From the NCBI GenBank assembly GCA_963772445.1, contig CAVYXK010000001.1, forward strand, positions 977,721-1,017,720: a DNA stretch of 40,000 nt, in the 5' to 3' direction. Each line of letters opens with the position of its first letter. Position 1 is the stretch's first letter. This document shows, piece by piece, positions 1-9,988 of this stretch. This DNA is from an uncultured Pseudomonadota bacterium (GTDB lineage Bacteria; Pseudomonadota; Alphaproteobacteria; Acetobacterales; Acetobacteraceae). The notes beneath the pieces were generated by a model. That model did no database searches. It was not told the DNA's origin and worked only from the letters and a program-made list of their open reading frames with translations. The position numbers and the translations under genes were made by a program.

Positions 1-1
1 C

Positions 2-511
2 GTGCTGGTGCGCAAGATCGGTGCCCCGCACCAGGAGGAACTCGCGATCGGAGCGATCGCCGACGGCAAAGATCCTCAGCTCGTGACGGATCCTGCCCTT
101 GTCGCCACCCTGGACATCTCGTCTGAGTATCTTGAGAGGGCAAAAGCCGCTGCATTGCAGGAAATCGAACGCCGGCGCGGCGTCTATTTTGGTGATGATC
201 AACCCGTAGGCGTCGACGGACGGACAGCCATTGTGGTCGATGATGGTATCGCTACTGGGGCCACAATGCTCGCCGCGTTGCGTGCCACGCGGCGACGGAA
301 CCCGGCCCGCCTCGTGCTTGCCGTCCCGGTTGCCCCGCGCCAGACGCTCAAGCGACTGCGGCGAGAAGTGGACGAGGTCGTATGCCTGGACACTCCAAAG
401 GACTTCTTCGCCGTCGGCCAGTTCTATGCCGCGTTTCCTCAGTTGCGGGACGAAGAAGTGATCGCGCTGCTCGATGAAGCACGGGCCTTCCTGGTGCCTG
501 CCAAAATCTGA
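2..511 (+). CDS. type I phosphoribosyltransferase-family protein (5' end outside window)
   Basis: The ORF is open at the window edge. It has a PRPP-binding loop, 'TAIVVDDGIATGATM'. Stop is TGA at 509-511, and a prs-like gene follows 12 nt later. Confidence 0.75.
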   Translation: MLVRKIGAPHQEELAIGAIADGKDPQLVTDPALVATLDISSEYLERAKAAALQEIERRRGVYFGDDQPVGVDGRTAIVVDDGIATGATMLAALRATRRRNPARLVLAVPVAPRQTLKRLRREVDEVVCLDTPKDFFAVGQFYAAFPQLRDEEVIALLDEARAFLVPAKI

Positions 512-523
512 CGGGAGAGACCG

Positions 524-1487
524 ATGAGCCACCCTCCTCTAACCTTGTTCGGCTTGCAAGGCAGCCGCGAACTTGCAGAGCGTGTGGCCGGTCGGCTCGA
601 AGTACCGCTCGGTCCCCATGAGGAGCGGGGGTTCGAGGATGGCGAGCACAAGACACGACCGCTCCAGGACGTGCGCGGGTACGATGCGTTCGTGTTGCAT
701 TCCCTGCATGGGGATGCTGGCGAGAGCGCGAATGACAAGCTCTGCCGGCTGCTGTTTTTCTGTGGTGCGTTGAAGGACGCTGGCGCGGCGTGCGTGACTG
801 CCGTCACGCCCTATCTATGCTACGCGCGCAAGGACCGCCGGACCAAGCCGAACGACCCGATCACCACCCGCTATGTCGCGGCGATGTTCGAGGCGGTAGG
901 AGCCGATCGCGTGATCACGCTGGAAGTGCACAACGTCGCGGCGTTCGAGAACGCGTTTCGTTGCCCGACCTGGCACATTGAGAGTGGCCCGCTTATGGCG
1001 GCGCATTTCGCACCATTGCTGCGCGACGAGCGGGTGGTTTCCGTTTCACCCGATGCGGGCGGTGCCAAGCGGGCGGAGCAATTCCGCCAGGCGATGGAAC
1101 ATCTGACCCGACAGGATGTGGGCAGCGCGTACATGGAGAAGTATCGCAGTGGTGGCGTGGTAAGCGGGGAGCTGCTGGCTGGTGACGTGCGCGGCAAGGT
1201 CGCGGTCATCATCGATGATCTGATTAGTACCCGGTGCCACACTGGTCCGGGCCGCGACGGCGTGCCGCGCGGCGGGCGCGACACGGGTGTTCGCTGCCGC
1301 TGCTCATGGACTGTTCGTTGGCGGGGCGACGGAACTGTTCGCCACATCGGCGCTCGACGGCATCACGGTCGCCAACACGGTTCCGCCCTTCCGCGTTGCG
1401 GCTGAGACAGCGGCCAGACGCCTGACGGTCCTCGATGTCAGCGACGCCATCGCACGCGCCATCTCGGCATGTCATGATGGCAGCTGA
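524..1487 (+). pseudogene. prs: ribose-phosphate pyrophosphokinase (PRPP synthetase), single frameshift
   Basis: ORF 524-1405 is Prs-like up to 'KVAVIIDDLISTR'. The expected continuation 'GATLVRAATACRAAGATRVFAAAAHGLFVGGATELF...' lies in another frame (ORF 1287-1487) and ends at TGA 1485-1487. The shift maps to the C-run at 1230-1232. Confidence 0.8.
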
Positions 1488-3261
1488 CGACGGCCTCGAT
1501 ACGCCGATTGCGCGTCATGTCTGGGAGACGCGCTACCGCATCAGCGCGGCTGAGGCGTCGGTCGTAGCGACCTGGCGGCGCATTCCACGCGCATTGGCTC
1601 AAGTCGAAACGGCAGGGAACAGCGCTTCCTCGACATTTTGCTGGACTTCCAGTTCCTGCCGGGGGGACGCATCCAGGCTGGTGCGGGTACAGAGCGCGAT
1701 GTGACTCTGTTCAACTGCTTCGTCATAGGGACGAATCAAAAATTCGATCCCAGGCATCTTCCGCGCGTTGTAGGAAGGCGCGGTGACGATGCAGCGCGGT
1801 GGCGGGGTCGGTTATGACTTTTCGACGCTCCGCCCAAGCGGCGCACAGGTCCGCACAACCGGTGCGATCGCCTCGGGGCCGGTGTCGTTCATGGATGTGT
1901 GGGATGCGATGTGTGCCACGATCCAGTCCACGGGGCACGACGCGGCGCAATGATGGCGACGCTCCGCCGCGATCACCCCGGTATCGAGACATTCATCGAA
2001 GCGAAGCGCCATACGGGTCGGCTCCGACATTTCAACCTGTCGGTGCAGGTGACCGATGCCTTCATGCGGACTGTTGAACGGGAGGACACCTGGCCCTTGG
2101 TGTTTCCGCAGAGCCACCTCGGCGATGACGGCGAGACGGTCATGCGCGACTGGCCTGGCGAGGCATCTGCCGTGCCATGTCGCATCCTGCGACAAATCCC
2201 GGCGCGCACTTTGTGGGGGAAGCTGCCACATGCCAGTTACGACAGCGGCGAGCCGGGAGTGCTGTTCATCGACCGGATCAATCGGCTGAACAATCTTGGG
2301 TACTGCGAGCGGATCACCGCGACGAACCCGTGCGGCGAAGTGCCGCTGCCACCCTATAGCGCCTGCGATCTGGGCGCAATCAACCTCACGCGGCTGATCC
2401 GCGATCCATTCACACCACAAGCCCGCCTTGACACCGATCGGCTGGTGGCCATCGCATCGACCGCGGTGCGGCTGCTTGACGATGTAATCGATGTGTCGCG
2501 CTTCCCTTTGCCGCAGCAACAGGTTGCGGTATGCTCGGCACGACGAATCGGTCTTGGCATCACCGGGTTGGCGGATGCGCTGATCATGCTCGACCTCCGT
2601 TACGGCAGCGACGCCTCGCTTGCCTTCGCCGGCGAAACAATGCGCATGATCTGCAATGGGCTATCGGCAATCCATCGCCGAGGAGAAGGGCTGCTTCCCG
2701 GAGTTCGTGCGCGAGCGCTATCTCGAGGCGCCGTTTGTCCGTGGGCTGCCGGGGGATATTCGCGACGGCATCGCGCGTCACGGCATCCGCAACAGCCACC
2801 TGCTTGCCATCGCGCCAACTGGGACGATCAGCCTGCTGGCGGGCAACGTCTCAAGCGGGGTCGAGCCGGTGTTCGCGCCCGAGTATCGGCGCATTGTGCT
2901 GAATGCGGACGGTGAGCCGAAACGCTTTAGCCTCATTGATTATGCTGTGCGACTCTGGCGCGAGCAGGCAAGTCGCGCCGACGGCACGCCAGATGCGCTG
3001 GTGACAGCTGCGGCGTTGCCGATTGAAGGGCATCTCGACATGCGGGCTGCATTGCAGCCCTTCGTCGACAACTCGATCTCCAAGACGATCAACGTACCGG
3101 TGAAAACCGGCTTCGCCGACTTTGCACCTCTCTATTGGCTCGCCTACGACAAGGGTCTGAAGGGCTGCACCACATTCCGGCCAACGGCGGCAGCAGACAC
3201 CATCCTCGCTCCGGTCCAGGAATCCGATCACGCGCGTGGGTGCACCAGCGAGTGTCAGTGA
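1474..3261 (+). pseudogene. nrdJ: class II (adenosylcobalamin-type) ribonucleotide reductase, multiply disrupted
   Basis: RNR motifs are spread over three frames: 'IARHVWETRYR', 'FQFLPGGRIQAGAGT', 'MQRGGGVGYDFSTLRP', 'TATNPCGEVPLPPYSACDLGAINL', 'SKTINVP', 'LKGCTTFRP', and a C-terminal Cys pair 'GCTSEC'. Frame changes occur near 1615, 1734, 1932-1935 (G4 run) and 2655. There is also an in-frame TAG at 1771-1773. Confidence 0.75.
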
Positions 3262-3282
3262 ACCACGTCACGAGATTGGGCG

Positions 3283-3837
3283 ATGCGGCCGATCGCCCTG
3301 GATGCGCCGATGTCACTTTACGCCAGCCTGGTATTCGAGCAGTCCTATGGCGGTGTGGAAGGCGACAGCGCCTCCTCGGCCGAGCTGAGTGCCTTGCTAT
3401 CGGCGCTCGCGGAGATGCCGCTGCGCCAGGACCTGGCGGTGACAGGCTCGGTCAATCAACACGGCATGGTGCAGGCGATCGGCGGGGTGAACGAGAAGAT
3501 CGAGGGTTTCTTCGATGTCTGTGCCGGTAGCGGGCTGACCGGCTCGCAGGGCGTGCTGATCCCGGTAGCGAACGTGCAGCACCTGATGCTGCGTTCGGAC
3601 GTGGTTGATGCCTGCGCCGCGGGCCGCTTCGCGATCTATCCGGTGCAGACGATCGACCAGGGCATTGCGCTACTGACGGGCCAGCCGGCCGGCGAGCGGG
3701 GCGGCGATGGAAGCTACCCGGCAAGCTCGGTGAACCGGTTGGTGGAAGAACGGCTGAAGCAGTTTGCCAAGGCGCGCAAGGAGGCAGGTGGCGGGAAGTC
3801 AGAGGCGGACGTGACAGCACGACGGCCAGTTCGGTGA
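3283..3837 (+). pseudogene. Lon-family protease, C-terminal S16 proteolytic domain only (N-terminal AAA+ part missing)
   Basis: Contains '[27 protein letters not shown]' (catalytic Ser context) and '[12 protein letters not shown]'. At 184 aa it lacks any ATPase region. It starts about 20 nt after the nrdJ stop. Confidence 0.7.
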
Positions 3838-4105
3838 ATTGCCGGCTGATCCTCGAAGTTTGTCATGGCGCAGCGGATGCGGAGACCTTGCGGGCAGCGG
3901 TCGAGTTCGCCCGATTACTCGGTCTCGACCTGCACTGCCTGTTTATCGAGGATGAGGCAGGACTGGCGCTGGCGGAGCTGCCATTCGCGCGGAAAATCCG
4001 GCTGCCTACGCACGAGTGGAGCCCGCTCAATGCGGAAACAATCGCTAGGGAGCTGCGGCAGGCGGCAAGCCAGATGCGTCGCTTGCTGGATGAGGTTCTT
4101 CGGGG
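3834..4105 (+). pseudogene. Usp-like hypothetical gene, 5' part, interrupted by the 15-kb insertion
   Basis: A GTG start overlaps the Lon stop. The reading is coherent up to '...RRLLDEVLRG', then runs into terminal-repeat sequence. The same frame resumes at 19171. Confidence 0.6.
4092..4105 (+). repeat. target-site duplication, left copy (GAGGTTCTTCGGGG)
   Basis: Identical 14-mer at 19171-19184. The first G is ambiguous with the end of the inverted repeat, so the duplication is 13-14 bp. Confidence 0.85.
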
Positions 4106-4106
4106 C

Positions 4107-4295
4107 CCCCCAGGGAGCACGTCGTCCGTCCGCATCCATAGGTTGAGCGTGGGCGAAGTCGGCTCAACCGGCCAAAACCGCATTCGGGACCGCAACCAAA
4201 TCGAAATGAGAGTAGCCGCGCCCGCGATCACCACCGCTATGGCACCGGGGCCAGCCAAGCGACGCGCTCAGTCGGCAACGCCGGTCTCGCGGTTC
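4107..4295 (+). repeat. left terminal inverted repeat (189 bp perfect; degenerate similarity continues to ~4650)
   Basis: I checked the reverse complement of 18983-19171 base by base against 4107-4295 and found them identical. Inward of that, only patchy similarity remains. Confidence 0.95.
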
Positions 4296-4910
4296 TGCGC
4301 GGGACCGCCACCAAGTCGCCCGCGCCGCCTGCGTCCCCATTGCATGTCGCCGCGCACGCAAACTGCCGATCGCTCGCCACAACGGTCAGCCGCCGCATGG
4401 CTTATCGGGACCATCGCGATCCGCCGAACCCGGTCCTGCTGTCCCTATAGGCCGGGCGGTACGGGGCGGCCCGGTCCCGGCCTACCCACGCCAGGGCCGC
4501 CAGGAGCCCCGTAGACGGCTGTAAGGCTGCCGCCGCTACCCGGGGGGGGGTCTCTCAAGGGCTTGGAAGCCGCGTGGCCTGGTGGCTGGCGGCGCGGGCC
4601 GGGAGCGCGCCCGTCCCCGTCCGCATCCATAGGTTGAGTCTTGCGACGCTGGTCCCTCGAGAAGCGTCCGCACTATGAGCCGCGTCCGCCCCTTCCCTTC
4701 TCCAAGGCCCGGCTGTGTCGAGGTCGTCCTCTCCCGCGACGCCAAGAGGGTGAACAAGGCTTTGCGTCTGGCGTAAGTGAGCGCCGCTTCCCATGCGACG
4801 CGGCGCCGCAGTCTCGCTGGTCGCGTAGACTGGCCATTCACAGGCTAGCCTGGGATTGCTGCCACTGGATTGGAACGCGGACCGCGCGCCGCGGAAGGAG
4901 AGGCTCATTG

Positions 4911-5894
4911 TTAAACGAGCTGCGCCACCGCTATCGTCTCCGCAGCGATCTGCTCCAACAGCGGAGACGTTGCGGCGAAATAGTCAGGGATCCCTAATTT
5001 CATGCAGGATCGACACAGCTTTTTCTGTCCGCGCCGCCTCTGCACTTCTTCCAGCGGGAGCTCAAGGAAATTAGCTATGACGTTGCTGCTCTGCATCGAC
5101 GAGCCGCAGCAAAGCATCACGTTACCCTTTACATCCAGGGTAACGATTTCCTCGAGCAGCGAACAGCGTTGTGATCTTTGCTCCCGCGAGGTAACTGCCA
5201 AGGCGCGGTCCAGCGGCAAAGCGAAACCTGCGAGGATTTTTTGATCCTCGGGCGTCACGCGACCCTCTGAAAAGTCGATGATCTTTTCAACCGGAAAGAA
5301 CTGCGCCAGGCAGGTGTCGAACTCGAACCCCAGCGACGTCGCAAACTTCTGCATCGGAGCGATTTCGGCAACGTTGTGAAGATAGCGGTGGTAGTACACC
5401 TGAAGTCGTGTCCTCGCGGACGTCGCCGTTCTGGCTTCGGCCAGGCGCCGCATATTCTGCTTCACATCCTCGATGTTGCCCTCGCGATGGCCGATCTCGT
5501 AGACGGCCTGGGTATATCCGGACAGGGAAACACGCAGCCAGTCGGGGTTCTCCGCGAGAAGCGCTATTGGGTCACGCAATACATTGAGGTTCGAGCTTAG
5601 CGCGCAAAACACATCACGAGACTTTATCTCGCGGATAAGCTCGGGCAGGTTGGGGTGCAACAGCGGTTCGGTCCAGTTGTAGAGGCCGACCTGTTGGACT
5701 TCGCATTCGGACAGCGCCTTATCGAGAATTCTACCCAGTAATTCTGGTTCCATCAGGGCGCGCGGCCAAGCTTTTATGTCGCCGCACTTGTTCCCGACAA
5801 CGCATGTCGGGCAACGCAAATTGCAATACGAGAATACATCAATGTAAAAGACATACTTTTTTTGGACGTCGCTCAACCGACATCTCCCTGACAA
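4911..5894 (-). CDS. radical SAM protein (casposon cargo)
   Basis: 327-aa ORF with a 'CNLRCPTC' CxxxCxxC cluster near the N-terminus and a Cys-rich C-terminal region ('VMLCCGSS...CRSCMKLG'). It is visibly more AT-rich than the flanking DNA. Confidence 0.8.
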   Translation of the reverse strand: MSGRCRLSDVQKKYVFYIDVFSYCNLRCPTCVVGNKCGDIKAWPRALMEPELLGRILDKALSECEVQQVGLYNWTEPLLHPNLPELIREIKSRDVFCALSSNLNVLRDPIALLAENPDWLRVSLSGYTQAVYEIGHREGNIEDVKQNMRRLAEARTATSARTRLQVYYHRYLHNVAEIAPMQKFATSLGFEFDTCLAQFFPVEKIIDFSEGRVTPEDQKILAGFALPLDRALAVTSREQRSQRCSLLEEIVTLDVKGNVMLCCGSSMQSSNVIANFLELPLEEVQRRRGQKKLCRSCMKLGIPDYFAATSPLLEQIAAETIAVAQLV

Positions 5895-6313
5895 AGCCGC
5901 GGAACGGCGGCTACGATAGCAGATGGCAAAGCTGCTAGGAAGGGCCAGTTTCTATGCCGGAACGCTCGCCGCCTCCACCGGTGCATCCTCCGTGAGCATC
6001 TGAAGGAGTTGCGCGACTGACGAGCGAACTTACTTGTTCTGTCTGTGGAGGGACTACATTCAGCGATCGTCAGATCCTCTGGGCGGCGCTAGTCTCGGAA
6101 GGGCAGCTCGCGCCACACAACCAGAACCAACGTCAGCGACGCCCGCAATCGCCACCACCGCCACCGCTATGGCACTGGCGCCGGCAAGCCGATGCGAGCG
6201 AATGCCACATTGTCGCCACCCATCACACCGCCCGGATCCAATGACGGCTGGCCGACGCGGCGGACCTACGGGAGGCTACGAGTTCGAGAACATCTGTGGA
6301 CGTCGGCCCACTC

Positions 6314-7066
6314 TCACGCCTTGCGCGCATAGACCACCACCCGCTGCCCGCGCCGGAACTGCTCGTAGTCGTCCGGGGGCGCCGGCAGCACCTGGACAGT
6401 GCCAAACCCGAAGTTGCGCAGCAGGAAAAGCAACGCGTTCAGCGATGGCACCAGAGCGATGTCGGTCGAGCCGCCCTCGCGGTGGTGGGAGTAGTCGGGA
6501 GTCAGGCCGAATACCCCCTCGATCGGGCGCATGTTCTCGTAATGCCCATCCTCGAGCCGGCCCGAGACGTCGTAAGGGAAAACCTGCGTCTCGATCAGCA
6601 GATGCTTACGACACATCTGGCCGGCGAGTCGAAGGGTATGGATAGGGTCTTCGAGATGATAGATGAGCCCATACAACAACACGAAGTCGAACACCTGCTC
6701 CGGGTCGAACGGCATCGTTTGCAGGTCGGCCTGTATGTATTCGACGTTCGTGACGCCCAGCACGTCAGTGACGAGGCGGGCAGCATCGAGGCTGGTGTCC
6801 CTCCACTCATAGCCGCGCACACTCCGGAAGTGGCGGGCCAACTCCACGGTGTAGTATCCCTCGTGCGAGCCGAAGTCGGCCGCCGTCAATGTCTCGGGGC
6901 GCTCCACCTGCTCGGCGACAATCTGAGCCAGCTTGACGCGACGGGAGACGTGGATGGGAAGCACGTCCGCCGGCACGTTGGTCCCGGTGCGGGTGCCGTC
7001 AGGTAGATCGAATTCGTAGAACCAAGTCCGTCCCTTCACCTTCTGAAGCTTTGACGCGAACTCCAT
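6314..7066 (-). CDS. class I SAM-dependent methyltransferase (casposon cargo)
   Basis: 250-aa ORF with a Rossmann-type pattern: 'AADFGSHEGYYTVELARH', 'DFVLLYGLIYHLEDP'. It is co-oriented with the radical SAM gene. Confidence 0.7.
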   Translation of the reverse strand: MEFASKLQKVKGRTWFYEFDLPDGTRTGTNVPADVLPIHVSRRVKLAQIVAEQVERPETLTAADFGSHEGYYTVELARHFRSVRGYEWRDTSLDAARLVTDVLGVTNVEYIQADLQTMPFDPEQVFDFVLLYGLIYHLEDPIHTLRLAGQMCRKHLLIETQVFPYDVSGRLEDGHYENMRPIEGVFGLTPDYSHHREGGSTDIALVPSLNALLFLLRNFGFGTVQVLPAPPDDYEQFRRGQRVVVYARKA

Positions 7067-7083
7067 GCAAGTCCCTCCGACAA

Positions 7084-7396
7084 CTATGGTGCCACATAGC
7101 GCGGACGTAGCGCCAGGAGCGGCTTCTCGACCGTGTGGAGTAGCAGCAGGCCGAGCCCAAGCGCAATCGGAACGGCCACCAGTGACTCAGCCCATCCAGA
7201 GCCAAATGCGATAGCCCTGCCACCAGTGGTGCCAGACGACAGCACGTCGCCCGATAGCACCAGGAACAGCCCGATCCCTGTGCGCCAGTGGGCCGCCAAA
7301 CAGGTAAAGTCCTTGATAGGCCAGAACCAGCAAGGTGGCGAAGCCGCGGAGCTGGTCGATTTCTGGGATGTAGCTGCGATTGGGGCTGGTGGTCAT
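7084..7396 (-). pseudogene. acyltransferase-3-family remnant (frameshifted and internally deleted)
   Basis: The N-terminal signature 'SYIPEIDQLRGFATLLVLAY' lies in one frame. 'GIGLFLVLSGDVL' and a C-terminal-like 'HTVEKPLLALR' lie in another. In total it covers only about 100 codons. Confidence 0.45.
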
Positions 7397-7735
7397 CTGG
7401 GGTTGGACCGCGCTTTCGCGACCGCCAACCATTGAGCCCGTCAGCAGCACTGCCAAGCGCTTGGATGATGTCAAGTTGTCGAACAAATTGAGGATCAGCA
7501 ACCTACAGGCTCTCTACCCACAGCTCCAGGGCTCATTTCCGACAACGTCGCACACCAGCTTATCGGACCGTGAGCGGAAAGGGGCGGATGTCGCAGAAGG
7601 GTGGAAATCGGCGGTCCAAGCATGGGCCCGGCGATGTTCCTTCCCCACGCTATGCCGCTCGGCACGGGTTAGATCGACGGCCGGCCGGGTTCCATCCCGC
7701 AGCGGAGCTTGTAGCGCTACCACGCCCCTTAGAGC

Positions 7736-9979
7736 TCATTCCTGCGGCAGGAACGGGATGAAATCAGGCATGGCTTCAAGCAGCATATCTTCGTCGATCT
7801 CCACAGCGCCGCCGTTTTCGTCCAAGATTTCAATGCGTCTATCGAAATCTGCCGGTAGTTTGCCTTCGCTCTCAGCTGAGACGGGCTGCGCACGGGGAAA
7901 GGTGACGATATACCCCTCGTTGCTGACGGTGATGTGGTTCGGATCGCGCTTTGTCCTCCATTCAAAGCTCTCCTGTCGCTCTACATCTTCCCATTTCCCG
8001 GCCAGCCAAGGCTTGTTACGATGCAAGGCAAGCCGACACCCATAGAACACGCGCACTGCGACCGGAACGGTAGAAAATAACCGCTCTTCGAGCCGGCGTT
8101 CCCTGAACTCCGCCTGACAAAGGCGTTCATACAATTCGCTCCAGGCCGCAACAAAGCGTGGCGCGGCGTCTCCGATGACGGAACGTGGCGCACCACGCGA
8201 TTTGAGCGATTCCTCCTGCTTGGAAGGGGACCAGTAGACGCCAGGCTGCACAACGAACAGATCGGGCCAAACCTTGGCGTCCCATTGCCCGAGCCCGTCT
8301 CCTATATCGAGCGACAGTGGGCGCGCGCTGTAAACGGCGTCGGTCGCCAGCATGAAAACGGCCTCGGGATCTTGTGCCAGCGCCTCAATAAGCCGCGCCC
8401 GGGTCGCCGCGGTGATCAGCCCCGCCGATACGGCGTCGTGGTAAGGCGCGCGCCCGCTGCGCTGCGCCAGCTTCCCGTACAGGCTGTTGAGCGCAAACTT
8501 CAGTGGTTCGCCCCGAGCGTCGGGTCCGAGCCCGCGGCGCAGATCGTAAAGTTCATCGACCCAATCAAACAGCCGACAATCGCATTTGCGGCGGGCGACC
8601 CACAGGTCCAGAATGGCGACTTCGGCATGCAGACATCGGCGCGCCGCCTCGATCTCGGTTGACCAGTACCAGCCCGTTCCTTGCCGCGGCCAGTACAGCC
8701 CGCCGTTCTTGCCTCGGAATGGAAGGCCGCACCAAAACCCGTCCGGATGGTGGAAACGGACCTTTGCAACGTATATTCCGTCCTCTGGCAATCGGCCTGT
8801 GCGCGGTTTGTGTTGCCATCGCGTATGTAATGGACAGGGCAGATTGCGCATCTCCGAAGGATAAGCACTGTGTATATCGTATTCGTAGATGGGTCCCTTT
8901 AATAGCCCCAGCCGTGATACCTCAAAGCGCCCCCCGTAGTAGGCGCTGTTTGCAGCGATTTCGAATTGTGGATCTCGCCGGGGTCGGCGCGGACCTCCAG
9001 AAGTTTTATGTGCCGCCGTCTCTCTTGGCGTGAGCGGGCGCTTCGGTATGCCGTGTTTCTTGAAGAGCGCTGCGGCAAGCTCCCCCGCGCCGCTCCATTC
9101 CCGCGGCCGAATTCCAACCTCAGTGCAGGTTTCGCGAAACTTCTCCATCAGCATCGCGAGATGGCGGCATTCCAGCGTGCAGTATTCCCTGATCTCGTTA
9201 GTCAGCTCTAGGAATTCCGCGCGACGGCTCTTGTTCTCAACGATCATGGCGCGCTCTTCGTCGCTGCCGATATTCCACTTAGTAATAGCACCCACAAACG
9301 AGGATTGAAAAAAGCCGAACGCTTCGTAAACAGTGCGGCACGACCGATCGATTGGCTTTCGGGTGACAGGATCGATCCGAGAGACCCGAAAATATTTTCC
9401 TGGCTGATACGTAATTGCGTAATCGCCCCAATATGTAGAGAGCGGACCATAGTTACCCTGTTTTGGATCTAATATCCTGCGTATTGTAGATCCGTTGTTC
9501 GCTCCGATGATTCCGCGCAAGATTTGGTTCGCGTCGTATCCCACAAAATAGTAGCCGACGAGGATTGGCTCGGCGGGGAGGGACAGCAGGAATTCAAGGC
9601 AGTCACGAGTGGTTAGACGCTCGCCATCGCGATGGCAGACATGGGTTTCCTCTGAATTCGCGGCGACCATAAGCAGATAGTTCTGCAGTCCCTCGTAGTC
9701 GGTTCCGCCGCCTTCCCCATCGATCGCCATGAACGGCCGCGGTGTCTTGCGAGACTGCCTTTGCTCTCGCTCTCGTTTGCGCTGTTCGGGCGTCTGTAAC
9801 GTGCGCGCCCTATGCTTGCGGCTGCGTTCGCGCTCGCGCTGCTCGGCTGTTTGCAGCCTGCGTGCTTCTTGCTTGCGTGTGCGCTCTCGCTGACGCCGAG
9901 CTTCGACGGTGCGCTCGTATTGGACGCCGCGGGCTTGTGTCATATCGGCGATGCGGCCAGCAACTTCAGGATTGATCAT
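7736..9979 (-). CDS. family B DNA polymerase (casposon replicase candidate)
   Basis: 747-aa ORF. Exo I-like 'FMAIDGEGGG'; Exo II-like 'GYYFVGYDANQIL'; motif A 'YEYDIHSAYPSEM' (DxxSxYPS); motif B 'KFALNSLYGKLAQ' (KxxxNSxYG); motif C-like 'FMLATDAVYS'. It has an N-terminal Arg/Glu/Gln-rich repeat extension. Confidence 0.8.
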   Translation of the reverse strand: MINPEVAGRIADMTQARGVQYERTVEARRQRERTRKQEARRLQTAEQRERERSRKHRARTLQTPEQRKREREQRQSRKTPRPFMAIDGEGGGTDYEGLQNYLLMVAANSEETHVCHRDGERLTTRDCLEFLLSLPAEPILVGYYFVGYDANQILRGIIGANNGSTIRRILDPKQGNYGPLSTYWGDYAITYQPGKYFRVSRIDPVTRKPIDRSCRTVYEAFGFFQSSFVGAITKWNIGSDEERAMIVENKSRRAEFLELTNEIREYCTLECRHLAMLMEKFRETCTEVGIRPREWSGAGELAAALFKKHGIPKRPLTPRETAAHKTSGGPRRPRRDPQFEIAANSAYYGGRFEVSRLGLLKGPIYEYDIHSAYPSEMRNLPCPLHTRWQHKPRTGRLPEDGIYVAKVRFHHPDGFWCGLPFRGKNGGLYWPRQGTGWYWSTEIEAARRCLHAEVAILDLWVARRKCDCRLFDWVDELYDLRRGLGPDARGEPLKFALNSLYGKLAQRSGRAPYHDAVSAGLITAATRARLIEALAQDPEAVFMLATDAVYSARPLSLDIGDGLGQWDAKVWPDLFVVQPGVYWSPSKQEESLKSRGAPRSVIGDAAPRFVAAWSELYERLCQAEFRERRLEERLFSTVPVAVRVFYGCRLALHRNKPWLAGKWEDVERQESFEWRTKRDPNHITVSNEGYIVTFPRAQPVSAESEGKLPADFDRRIEILDENGGAVEIDEDMLLEAMPDFIPFLPQE

Positions 9980-9988
9980 CTGATCCTC

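Noticed and set aside
4102-4111. The GGGG at the left boundary suggested a Tn3-family inverted repeat
   Set aside because: The right end does not mirror GGGG inside the repeat, the duplication is 13-14 bp rather than 5 bp, and no Tn3-type transposase or resolvase is present.
4106-4514. Tail of ORF 3834-4514, head of ORF 19111-19767, and the identical TIR-internal ORFs 3863-4258 (-) and 19020-19223 (+) ('MAGPGAIAVVIAGAATLISIWLRSRMRFWPVEP')
   Set aside because: These are read-through of host frames into TIR sequence, or ORFs that cross the element boundary. The duplication of the peptide simply reflects the inverted repeat. A TM-like segment alone is insufficient evidence for a gene.
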